This document shows, one piece after another, positions 40,701-51,497 of a DNA stretch of 64,000 bases. The notes under the pieces are model-generated. The model was not told where the DNA came from. It saw only the letters and a list, made by a program, of their open reading frames with translations, and did no database searches. Both the position numbers and the translations under genes were made by a program. Source of the stretch: Haliotis cracherodii (lineage: Eukaryota); NCBI RefSeq assembly GCF_022045235.1, contig NW_027266341.1, positions 2,604,001 to 2,668,000 on the forward strand, in the 5' to 3' direction. Positions within the stretch are counted from its first letter, which is position 1. Every line of letters starts with the position of its first letter.

Positions 40701-43700
40701 TGTATCCTGTACTGCTGGCCAAGGTCCACTGTCCACACAGGTTTAGGGTCCTGATACGCAGAGTGAAAACAGGAGTTGTGGAGCACATCCTGGTCCCGGT
40801 TCCCATCTACAACTTTGTCTGCAGTCCAGCCGTGCCTTGCGTAATCAGTTGGGGACGAGGTTGCTGTCTGGTTGTAGGCAATGTTCCCTTACACGAAAAT
40901 AAGTACGAAGATAAATTACTTTTAAAATTGAAATTTATTATATGTGAAAAGTAAGGGTTTTAACTTCCAAGGAATATGATCTTGGTGGATCCAACAGATC
41001 GTATTTTCAAAGATATGTCATACAAGTACCAGGCCTTCACCAGAACTGGTTGTATTGTCCGGAAGGTGCCTTTTTCTATTGTAGAAAAACTGCTCTGCAT
41101 AAAAAGCAATGTTTACCTATGTCTTATACAAGTTTACATAATTTTGGCATATATTTATTTGAGAGGGCTAACTTCATAGAAAAGAATATTTCCATGAGAA
41201 AGAGAAAACTACGGGAAATCAGCAATTACTTTTTGTATTTACTATGTCCATAAACATGATGTATTTTTCGATTGGTATTGAGTATTGATGCACAGCATAT
41301 TCAACATTGAAGCCCCATCGTCATTTGATAACCTAATCAGGGGGACATCAAAATAACAGATATAAAACAAACCAGGACAAAATTCAATCTAGCTTATCGA
41401 AAATGGCATTGTGATCACTTTCAAATCGTACCCTTATAGGTACCACATACATGTATGCGATGTCGGCAACATGCTGTAATTGTTATTACCCCACTCAGAC
41501 ATAGTATAATGTCTCCGAAACGACTAGTGAATGTTTTTGCCGCTTGATACCGAACGTCAGACAGGTGTTACAACAAGTAGAAGTCTCGTGGTATGACGAG
41601 GACGGTGATCGAAATCCTGACATAACGCTCTCCTGGCGGATGCTGTACCAAAAGACAACAGAGGCGGTCCTTGAAAATATGTAAACTGCTTGGTTCCTGA
41701 ACATGATTGCCTCACCAGTGTCATGTGACGTAAACCACATTTAGACGATCTTGTTGATGAAGCCAGTGAAGTGGCGCTGGAGAGGCTTGTTCGAAAATAG
41801 TCGGAAAGATGAAATAGTAAAGATGCATAGTTGGTCTTAAATAATGCAAGATACGAAAATATACGGAAGTTACGTTTGTAAAAGGGCTATCCAAGTTTTG
41901 ACTAAACTTAGTATCTTATAAATGGTATTTCCATGCTCAATATACGAATCATGTGCAAGAATGTTATGCAGAGTGTCTGGTTGATTATGTTTGGATCTCT
42001 GTATTCTCTATTGATTTTGTGTGAGGCAATATATCGTCCGGAAGACTAAGTTTGGTTTTAAAAGTATGTGAGATAGCAATAGCGGATACTCGGTACTGCT
42101 CTACTTTTATGTGGAGTGCAAGAATCATGTTTGTTTGCCATTTGCGACGGTACTTCTAGACACCGGTGCCGTAAAAATACCACAATGTATGGGTGGTATC
42201 CAGAGCCATGTTCCACAAAGCGATCGTAGCGCTACGACAGTCGTAAGTCTATGTTAAAGTTTGGGAGTTACGATCACCTCACCACTACAATCGCTTTGTG
42301 GAACTGGGCCCATTATCTGTAGATTGGATTGTTCATCATTCGGGACTGATTCAGAAGGGGTGATGGTCTTATAACGCCAGCAGTTCGTTAGGTATCGTCT
42401 TTCAAATCTAACCTTGTGACAGTAACACCCACCTTTCTGACAGGTTTGCCCATTCCCACCAAACCATCCAGGATCACATGCACCGTTACAGACTCCAGTT
42501 GTCTGGTTACAGGGCTGAGTACAGTGACAGGAGTAGCTACAGGTGTCTCCGAACTTTCCTATCGGGCAGCTGGTACCTGTAAAATGTAGAACAAAGGTTA
42601 ATGTTCATGCAATGCTCTCCAAGCCCCATTACCCATAAACACATGTTCAAATGTAAGCATGGCTCAGTCACAAACTTCTTACAGCCAGATAGGATGGTCG
42701 GGTGGTTAAAGCGTTCGCTCGTTACACCGAAGACCCGGGTTCGATTCCCGACAATTGATTTACGTATGTTTCACACAACTGAAGAGATTGAAAGTGATCA
42801 CATTATTAATTAATCTTTCAGATTTACCTGGGTCCAAGATAGAGCTGACATCTTTAGATATAATTTGACAACAGATGAAGTATCTTATTTACTGGAAAGG
42901 GCAGTAAGTACAGCAGTACATACAGCATTCGTTAGCAGAAAGAAATATGGTCACGTTTCTTAGCAGTAAAATTTGATAGTTAATGTGTTGTATGTATCAG
43001 AATGTAAAGGTTTGTGCGCGAAATAACGGTATTGTGTCTGACACATTTGAAAGCGAAATTGGCGTTAAGCATGGATACATTTTAAGTCCGTTTTTGTTCA
43101 CCTTCTTTAACAATGAATTTGCTCAACAAATTCAGCAGAACTGTTCTGATGGCATCCAACTTCACCCGGAAACTATAGAGTTATTTCTTCTTTTGTTTGC
43201 CGATGATATAATAATTTATTTATTGTCATGGAAGTTGCATGCTCACACAGCTGCAGTACAAGCTAAGAAGATCCTAATTGGAATTCTTCAACATATGAAA
43301 GTTCTTGGAAGTATATCCTATAATACATTCTTTAAGATTTTCGATATAAAAATAAGCCCAATTTTGTTATATATAGCAGAGGTTTGGGGATTAGAAATGA
43401 CTGATGTTATGGAAAAGGTACATTTATATGCATGCAAAAGATTGGTGTGAAACTTAGAACGTCTAATCTAATGGTTTATGGAGAATGTGGACAATACCCA
43501 TTAATTATATTTGCAAAGTTAAAGACGATAAAATACTAGATTAAATAAGTTAAAATGGCTCAACAAGATATCGAAAGAAATGTTATAGCATGTTATAACA
43601 GAGTTGAAGTTGTGAGAGAAGTTGGGAATTGGGCATGTCGTCACAATGTTGTCGAGGTGTCTATGAGTAATACATGTATATGCGTTGCAGTAAGCTAAGC

Positions 43701-43923
43701 TGTGTTAACCTTGCATGCATGTTTGTCCAGCGTTACTGTAAATAACGCAAGTTTTTGTTGTTGATATCAGTATAAATTAATAATATTTTCAAAGGATTAT
43801 TTTACAAAGTATCATGTTCGCTGCCCACAAGAAAGAAACCTGTAGTTATTACCTACCCAGCATGAGTTGTATCCACCACCCTGACACAGCCGCAGTAAGT
43901 ATCAGCCACCTCACACCCGCCAT
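31483..43923 (-). CDS. Gene 2: F-type lectin/EGF-repeat single-pass receptor with intact tyrosine-motif tail (about 541 aa)
   Basis: Exons 43923-43857, 42576-42433, 40887-40672, 38985-38788, 37276-37145, 35204-35061, 34226-34083, 33793-33656, 32097-31968, 31795-31483 total 1626 nt with an open frame throughout. Confidence 0.85.
31968..32097 (-). CDS. Gene 2 transmembrane exon
   Basis: EDARCVQAAGYNLSQLAVAVVLAFVAGAVVGAIVSAVIWRRRNR. Confidence 0.88.
33656..33793 (-). CDS. Gene 2 EGF-like exon
   Basis: ACDINHYGANCDKTCASRHCVGNSSCASTGDCDRGCDTGWAQADCT. Confidence 0.85.
34083..34226 (-). CDS. Gene 2 EGF-like exon
   Basis: ACSTGSYGQSCGNYCTDRKCAGDSPCDHVRGTCVSGCAPGWMSEDCRE. Confidence 0.85.
35061..35204 (-). 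CDS. Gene 2 EGF-like exon (duplicate of 34083-34226)
   Basis: ACSSGSYGQKCSNACTDRKCAGDSPCDHVRGTCVAGCEPGWMGEDCRE. Confidence 0.85.
36727..37207 (-). repeat. 74-bp tandem array of an EGF exon 3' half plus splice donor, about 6.5 copies
   Basis: CTCCTCACCTGTAT at 36767, 36841, 36915, 36989, 37063 and 37137. Confidence 0.95.
37145..37276 (-). CDS. Gene 2 EGF-like exon following the lectin domain
   Basis: VCSPGVFGDSCNQSCHCFQATCDPVSGVCPGDCRPGWQGDRCDT|gtgagg. Confidence 0.88.
38788..38985 (-). CDS. Gene 2 F-type lectin domain, C-terminal exon
   Basis: YIQLIRTAVLSLSNSSSFTPGVTCYTFP...VTCDGTGRYFTITHSIRLNLCEVEIY. Confidence 0.9.
40672..40887 (-). CDS. Gene 2 F-type lectin domain, N-terminal exon
   Basis: NIAYNQTATSSPTDYARHGWTADKVVDGNRDQDVLHNSCFHSAYQDPKPVWTVDLGQQYRIHDVRIYNRAG; the acceptor is a weak AAG. 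Confidence 0.85.
42203..42311. mobile_element. Small hairpin MITE (Harbinger-like GGGCC ends)
   Basis: GTTCCACAAAGCGATCGTAG pairs with CTACAATCGCTTTGTGGAAC as an inverted repeat. Confidence 0.7.
42433..42576 (-). CDS. Gene 2 N-terminal EGF-like exon
   Basis: GTSCPIGKFGDTCSYSCHCTQPCNQTTGVCNGACDPGWFGGNGQTCQK. Confidence 0.88.
42900..43620 (+). pseudogene. Decayed non-LTR retrotransposon reverse transcriptase fragment
   Basis: GVKHGYILSPFLF and LLLFADD motifs in ORF 42983..43450, with internal deletions. Confidence 0.85.
43857..43923 (-). CDS. Leader exon C (proximal signal-peptide exon of gene 2)
   Basis: MAGVRWLILTAAVSGWWIQLML G|gtaggt; 67 nt. Confidence 0.78.
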
Positions 43924-45483
43924 GTTTGTGAACCAGGGAGCTTTAACACTAAAATGATTTGTTGACACTTAAAATGCGTACATGCATATATGGCATCTAT
44001 TCAAAGCTCAACATTCAATACAAATTGAACGGGCATTAGAAACCTTTACGATTATTGTTATCATTTTTCATATCGTTTATATATGGCTAACAATATCCTA
44101 AACACTAATGTCGATATGGGCGTATGGTCTATGGAGATAGGTTTGTCTTGTAGTTAAGCATATTGTATCTGTTTGCGACACATCATGAATGTTTAGTCGT
44201 CCAGACTGCGATAGTGCACATGTCAATGTCAAATGCACACCCAGGTCAGATATTGCCTTTGGATAACTGAGAGAGTTTCTCTGATAACGTAATTCACATC
44301 AGCAAGAGAATAAAATGATTTAATTTGTGATTGGGTGTGTGTTTTTCACATGCCACTGTCACAGTCTGAAGGTGCACAGGAAGAAATGGTAAGAAAACAA
44401 AAGAAATAGGCATGTGGCTATAGACTGTCACAAATATTCAAGCTATATATCACGGTGATCTGAAAATAATAAAAGCTAGACCAGATCAATCAGTTGTTGA
44501 TAGCACGACCAACACACATCAACAACACCCGTTCCTTGTTTTATTCTTATTTATAAAGATGATGTACTGGGAACCAATGGAGTAAGAATGATAATTCTTT
44601 GAATGAATGTGTTTAAAAGTTCAAAGTATAATTTCTGGAAATGATGTTTCACCTAAATGAAGTTAAGGCTATATAATGTATTCATCGTTATATGTTAAAG
44701 CAGTTAAACATAAGTAAATGAAACCCATTACCTTTGTTATAGACGACGTAGCGCTATTTTCTGGCCGAAGCAAAAACAAAAGAAAACATTGTGAAAATTT
44801 ATTTAACATGTGATGGGATCTTCAACGTTTATTACTAATTTCCTCTTCTTGAAATGTCTCAAGCTCAGTAATCCTGACGTCTAACACATAGAATTCGCGA
44901 CCTGAGTGTCTTGGCTCTTGTTGAGTTCATGCCATGTGGGGATGCTATTCAAACATTGTCCCCACGACTAACATGCATATGATTAGCTGGATGTTAATAC
45001 ATTTCATGTGTGGGTCTCCTAAACGATTGAGAAACACCATTCGTAAATAAAATTTACACACATCCACACCTTTTGAATTAAATGAACGTTTCCTAACTAA
45101 ATAGTCTTAAGTATTGATAATATTATGTTCTCATTATGATTCTAACACAATAAAATACATTGCTCGGATCATTCAGCAGATCTATTGCTATTGCATACAA
45201 CAATTGTAACAACACTTGAACGAATTTTTAGACCATACAGAAAGTCTGAAATCAGAAAATATTTCGCAGTTTTGTCCGACACATGCATTTTGACGACATT
45301 TAATTAAAAATTGATATTTAATTAGGAAAACCTAGTTTATAAATATATTTTCTGAACAGTGCAATTGTCAATCATACAAGTGTCTAAAATGTGTTCGAGC
45401 AATTAAAATAGGAAAATATAGCAGAAAAACAGAATATGTGATTCACTAAGTATATCTAGAACTATTGATACTCACATTGATGA

Positions 45484-45762
45484 GACCCGTGAAGATTCCG
45501 GGGTAGAATAGATCTTTAGCAACCCATGCTTGCTGTAAAAGGTGACTATGCTTGTCGTAAAAGGCGACTAACGGGATCGGGTGGTCAGGCTCGCTGACTT
45601 GGTTGATGCATGTCATCGATACCAATTGCGTGGATCGATGCTCATGATATTAATCACTGGATTGTCTGGTCCAGACTCGATTATTTACAGACCGCCGTCA
45701 TATAGCTGGAATATTGCTGAGTACTGCGTTAAACAACCAGCCAACCAACCAACCAACCAACC
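45484..45762 (+). mobile_element. SINE with Nin-like domain (CCCATGCTTGTCGTAA.AGGCGACTAA) and (CCAA)n tail
   Basis: Closely similar copy at 61045-61320; degraded copy at about 49430-49610. Confidence 0.8.
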
Positions 45763-46324
45763 ACATTGATGAACGACATGGTCTGGTCTGTCTACCGGAC
45801 TTTTTAAAAAAACCATATATATATATGTTTTAATACACATGCAACCTCGAAATCCTGTCATTATGGAGCAAGAGTTGTGTATGCATTGGTACCCGAGATG
45901 GAATGAGTACGAAATTGACCTTCTGCGCCAATCAACTTTACCTCACTTTACGTGCTTTGCTCTTGTTTCTTATTTATGAATGATTATTGCGTAATTAATT
46001 TACAAACCATTTAATACCAACTGTATACTGTACACAGAAAAACAGCAAATTTACAATATAAGTAAATGGGCGAATGATTGATATGTTATAGGTCGATACT
46101 TTCAGTCACGCACTACAGTTAACAGGTTAATGTTACCAAGACAATATTACCAACTAAATCTTGAAAGATACATCAGTAATCTAGGAACTGACTTCTGCGA
46201 AGTGGATTTACACCAGTTTTTACTTTTGTCACTCAGTAAATGCAAGAACTTAATTGAGGTCATTTCTGTTAAAAAAATCAAAACAAATAATAACAACTTT
46301 CACAGAATTCTTATTAATCACTTA

Positions 46325-47775
46325 ATCGTCTTATGAAACTTGATGTCTTTGTACCTGTGGATGAACCAACAGATTGGGTCAGCTCGTTAGTGATAGTACC
46401 AAAGAAATCAGGGGAAATTAGAATTTGTATTGACCCTAAGCGCTTAAATGAGGCACTTCGTTGTGAGCATTTTAAGATGCCTACGATCGAGGAAGTCTTT
46501 TGTACATGTGACTTGTCTGCTGGATTTTTGCATCTTGAACTTGATCACGAATCCAGTTTGCTGTGTACTTTTGGAACTCCGTTTGGACGGTACAGATGGA
46601 CTAGACTACCATTCGGACCATCCCCTGAAATCTTCCCGAAACCCTCAAACCAAGCTTTGGAAGGACCACCAGGTGTCAAATTCATTGTGGATGACACGGT
46701 TGACCATGATAAGAATCTGGAATGCCTTATGCAGCGTTGTCTTGGTATCAACTGAAGTTGTGCAGAAAGGAGGTTACCTTCCTTGGTCACATCTTCACTG
46801 ATCAAGGACTTAAGTGTGACCCACAGCAAATAAAGGCTGTGTTGGAAATGCCAGCACCACAGAATGTTGAGGACATTCAATGCTTCGCAGTTAGTCAACT
46901 ACCTTGCAAGATATTAACCTCGTCTGTCAGGAGTAATGCAACCACTTCGACAATTAACACATACTGACGTGGACTGGACATGAAGTGAAAACAATGGTCA
47001 GGGAAGCTCCAGAATTGGCATACTACAATGAAGAAGTAGAACAGATACTGCAGTTTGATGCTAGTTCCACTGGACTAGGTGCTGTGCTGTTACAACAAGA
47101 CAACCAAATTGCATACGCTAGCTGTGCCCTAACACCGTCTGAGCCAAGCTATGCACTGATTAATATTGAAAAGGAAATGCTGTCTGACTTCAAAAGTTCC
47201 ATACATACACAATTGGTCGGACAGTTACATTGAAAAACGATCAAAACCACTGGAGGCGATAACCAGCAAACCCTTAAATTGTGCTCCCACATGACTACAG
47301 TCCATCATTCTGGCTATGAAGCAGTATGACGCCACTGTCAAGTACAAGAAAGGTGCAGATGTTGTCTTCGCAGACACATTGTCAAGAGCGTATTTGCCAA
47401 GCACAGAGCGAAAGATTGAAGAGCCTTTCAGACAGGTGAACATGGCAACGTTTGCCGATAACGGATGACAGGATCAAGCAGATCTGAGAAGAGACTGAAA
47501 AAGACGAAACTCAAATAAGTTTTGTTAAGTGGGTTGCCAGAGGAGAGATGCTCTTTGCCGATGGAGTTATACCCATACTTCAACTGTAGAGACGAGATCA
47601 CAGAACAAAATGGTCTCATATACAGGGGAGAAAGGCTGGTCATACCTTACAACCTAAGAACTACAATGAAAACCAGGATCCATCCTCTCTCCAAGGGATT
47701 GAAGGTTGTTTACGGCGTGCAATAGTTGTATTGGCCGCACAAGTCTGACGACATTAAACAGTACATCAGAAAATG
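46325..47775 (+). pseudogene. Decayed Ty3/Gypsy pol (RT, RNase H, start of integrase zinc finger)
   Basis: PTDWVSSLVIVPKKSGEIRICIDPKRLN; TFGTPFGRYRWTRLPFG; VTFLGH; LQFDASSTGLGAVLLQ; ADTLSRAYL; GERLVIP. Many stops and frameshifts; no LTRs seen. Confidence 0.9.
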
Positions 47776-47928
47776 ATGATCAAGAACTTATGGACACCAA
47801 AGTCCTGGCTGACTTGGTCGAGGAGCTAAAGCATCTTTCAAGTCAACAAAGAGAAGCATTGCAGACTATGATCATTGATCACGTTGGCTGCTTTCCAGAT
47901 GCCCCTGATACTGCCAACAGCATAGTGT

Positions 47929-48105
47929 AAGTGAGTGAGTGAGTATGGTTCTACGCCGCTTTTAGCAATATTCCAGCAATATCACGGTGGGGGAACACCA
48001 GAAATAGGCTTTACACATTGTACCCATGTCGGGAATCGAACCCGGGTCTTCGGTGTGACGAGCGAATGCTTGAACCACTAGGCTATCGGGACAACAGCCC
48101 CCCAC
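47929..48105 (-). mobile_element. tRNA-derived SINE with (CTCA)n tail, inserted in a second Gypsy fragment
   Basis: Same family as 9632-9797. The left flank encodes LKHLSSQQREAL..FPDAP, a Gypsy pre-RT segment. Confidence 0.85.
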
Positions 48106-48963
48106 CCTGGTACATTTACAGTTGTAAAATTAGTGATGCAGTTCCGACAGATCAGAGACATACGTGTCTCACTACACATACGTGATTCATGATGTATACT
48201 TATTATATTGTCCACCCATGTCACAAAAACTGGATTGATCATTGCTATTATTCAGGACAACGTAGCTGATCATAAATAATATATATATTTTATAATACCT
48301 CCACTAAAACAGAAGCTTTAGCAAATACACCCCACAATCATCCCGTTCAAATTTCAGTGAAGAAAACAGCAATTGCACTTCTTGGTCCTCCCTCTAATTT
48401 CAGCTTAACAGCTCCACCTTTTGTTAATCAAGAAAACAGTTGGAGATTAAAAGGGTATTTAGGTGAAATTAGTCGTTTCATAACCTTTACATGAATTTCA
48501 CCCCACTGCAATAATGTTCTCAGAACAAGAGGAGAACAAGAATACCAGCAGCTACATGCTTCTTTTAACATTGTGATATTTCCACAAAATGTATAATTTC
48601 GTTGTGCCCTACTTGAAACGTATTGCCCCAGGTATTAATTGAGTTATAATACAAACGTACCACATTTGTGTACCACAAAATGTAGACTTTTCAAGGCCGA
48701 CATCATCCTATTTACGAACTTGCAATTGCTCCACGTTAACAGGGCCTCAGTAAGGTAACCTGCCAGAACATCCACGAAGTGCAGCAAGCTACGTCTATAG
48801 TTACTAAATGATATATGGTATATCAAACTTGTTATAAAATACAAATGATTAGATGTTTAAAATGTTACCCTATCTATAGTTAAATGCTTCCTTATTTGGA
48901 TTTCGATACCATTAGGTATTAGTAACTCTACTTGAAAGAGTAACTCGTCCCGTGACTACTTAC

Positions 48964-49030
48964 CCAGAGTGTGGTGTATCCAACAACCTGACACAGCCGC
49001 CATGAAAACCAACCACCCTTCTCCCGCTAT
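48964..49030 (-). pseudogene. Leader exon B, start codon mutated from ATG to ATA
   Basis: (I)AGEGWLVFMAAVSGCWIHHTL G|gtaagt; 67 nt, paralogous to leader C; internal ATG at 49003. Confidence 0.65.
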
Positions 49031-50363
49031 GTTGACTAACCAGGAAGTAAAGCTCGCACGTATGTTAGAGTAGGCGTGAATGGAAAGTTCCTATTGACAT
49101 GTACAGGAAAGTAGTGTTCATGTCGTACATTTGTTACCAAGAGGATATAGTTTACATGTAAATGCTGGTGCGCTCGCCTTCATTACAAATCCATCTGAAA
49201 ATACCACCAACACTTTCATGATAACTAGGCTGGAATTGAAACATAATTATAATTTTGCCCAGCTTTTCAATAAAGATTTCATCAAGGAAGACTTGGTTAA
49301 GTCATTCAAGGAATGTTAAGGTAGACAATAAGAGGAATTTACTGAAGATGACACGGAGCTTCATAACATGATACGTAAATCTATCCAATACTTTGAGTTT
49401 TCATATTTTACACACTGACACTTGTAAAATTAGGTTGGTTGATCTTGTGGCCAGGCTAAGTGACTTGTATGATCGCGTGATGTTGTATTCCGACGCGTGG
49501 AAGATTGGTCACAATGGCAATCACTAAGTTGTCTGGTCAAGACTCGATTGTTTGCAGGGTGCCGCCATACGGTTGAAGTATTGCCAAGTGTTACTTCAGG
49601 CAACTAGCAGACAAAAGTATGCTTTCAGGACAAAGTGTGTGAATGGTGGGTGCTATCCATAGACCAGGAGATGTTTACCCTTTTCGCGAACAGGTGTTAT
49701 CACACATTTTTCGTCACTAATGATGGGCAGTTAAAGTTGCATGAATCAGGTACATATTCGCTGAAAGGAACCTGGTCAAATGAGGTGAGGTGTGGTGAGG
49801 TGAATGTTAACGTCACGTTCAAGATTATTTCACTCATAAATGAAGTGCATGAATTAGTCCGGACTTATGTCTTGATAGTGCAATCTCATTTAGATACCAT
49901 GCAGCACTTTGTAAGTTTGACTCACACATTGTAGAACCTCCGAGTCGGGCAGTCCTTACTTTACCCCTAACACTGAGCCCCAGACAGCGAAACAGCAAGT
50001 GTAATCTTTTAATGTCTTTGGTATGACACAACTCGGGAATCGAACCATCGACCCCTTCCCCTCTTCAGACACAGAGGCGGTTTGGTCAACAGATGGTAGT
50101 AATCAAATTATATTACATGCATTTTGTCTTAGCCTTTGCTATAAGACATCGTTATTGATTCACTGCAAACCATCATCTTCTACAACTTTACTCCCCTTTA
50201 AGCAAGCCATTAACTGTAATACCGTCGTGCTCAGTGTTGTTTACAATGATTGTCTTTGCTAAAACTCTCGTGCAAGAATAATGCAAAATGAGGTAGTGAC
50301 ATTACAGTAATCGACCTAAAGATACAATGTATATCAAATAAGGAGGCATGATGTGTCACTCAC

Positions 50364-50430
50364 CAATTATAACCTGTATCCAGAAAGCCGATGTGACCAC
50401 GGTGACAGTCAGTATCCACACACCCGACAT
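50364..50430 (-). CDS. Leader exon A (distal; duplicate of the gene 1 leader)
   Basis: MSGVWILTVTVVTSAFWIQVII G|gtgagt; 67 nt. Confidence 0.65.
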
Positions 50431-51497
50431 GTTTGACAACCAGGAAATTGTTTCCGCTTGACTGTATAGCTGGGACACCTGATGTTGCTCACTGTCAAAA
50501 TAAACATGGACATCTATGAGCTAGGGGCTGCTTACATACAATGTAAATATCTGAAATGCATGTCTGTCTTTGTCCTGTATCCGTACTTTGATACGCATGA
50601 TACGCGTTTTCCATCACATAAGAACCTGCAGGACATATTTGTGCCTTCCACACAGCTCAGGTGGAGTCAACTTTCCTTGGACACACTTGTCTCACTGGTT
50701 ATAGCAAGGTTGATACAGTAATGTCCTGCTTCGCGACCTGTTTCTGTGGTCTAGTAGAGCGTCAGCCTCAGAGCGGGAGGTCGGCGGTTTGATCAAGTGG
50801 CCGCGTCCTACCAAGATTAATAATTAAGATGGTACTTGTTGTTACCCTGCCTGGCGCTTGCATTACAGTCCCAAAACAAGGACAGGTATACTTATTGTAA
50901 TTGTAATTGTGTTATGTTTAGATAGTATTTTTGAATGTTGTGTGAGTTATATGCTGTCGCCTTGCTTTGAAGTAATCATTGTTAATTTAATATTTTTGTT
51001 TGTGCAATGATAATACCATCCATGTCATTATATGCAGTTCATCTCGTAGTATCTCAACCCTAACGCCTTTACTTTACCACTCGCCACTGGTATATTTATT
51101 TGTATCCTTTGCCATGTGCTCGTACGGCAGTTTGTTTACACTTCCGGTGGTCTCGCTCTCAGTGTATCTCTTAAATTGTAATAATGTTTGTTTATCACTC
51201 TTGTCAGGCCAATTGACCTTGTTTTAGTATTATTCTCCCATAGCCGTGTTATCGTTAACCAACATCCACGTAGATACATTTCTTATATACTCCCATGATA
51301 TCTTTCACTACCGGGCATGCACAGTGTGAAGGAATGACGTCACATGTGTATTTATGTAAATTCCTTTCAGCCTCCATCTTGCCGTTTAACAATCGTTCTG
51401 TCAAGTCAATTTGGTAAACACCACCATTTGACTTCTTATCCATCTGCAATCTTCATCCCTGTCAGCAGAGGGATACTTTACAGCCTTATGCTTTGAA

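Noticed and set aside
42694-42752. tRNA gene
   Set aside because: It is the tRNA-derived head of the SINE at 9632 and 47929, with no complete acceptor stem. The same applies to the tRNA-like stretches near 28730 and 62950.
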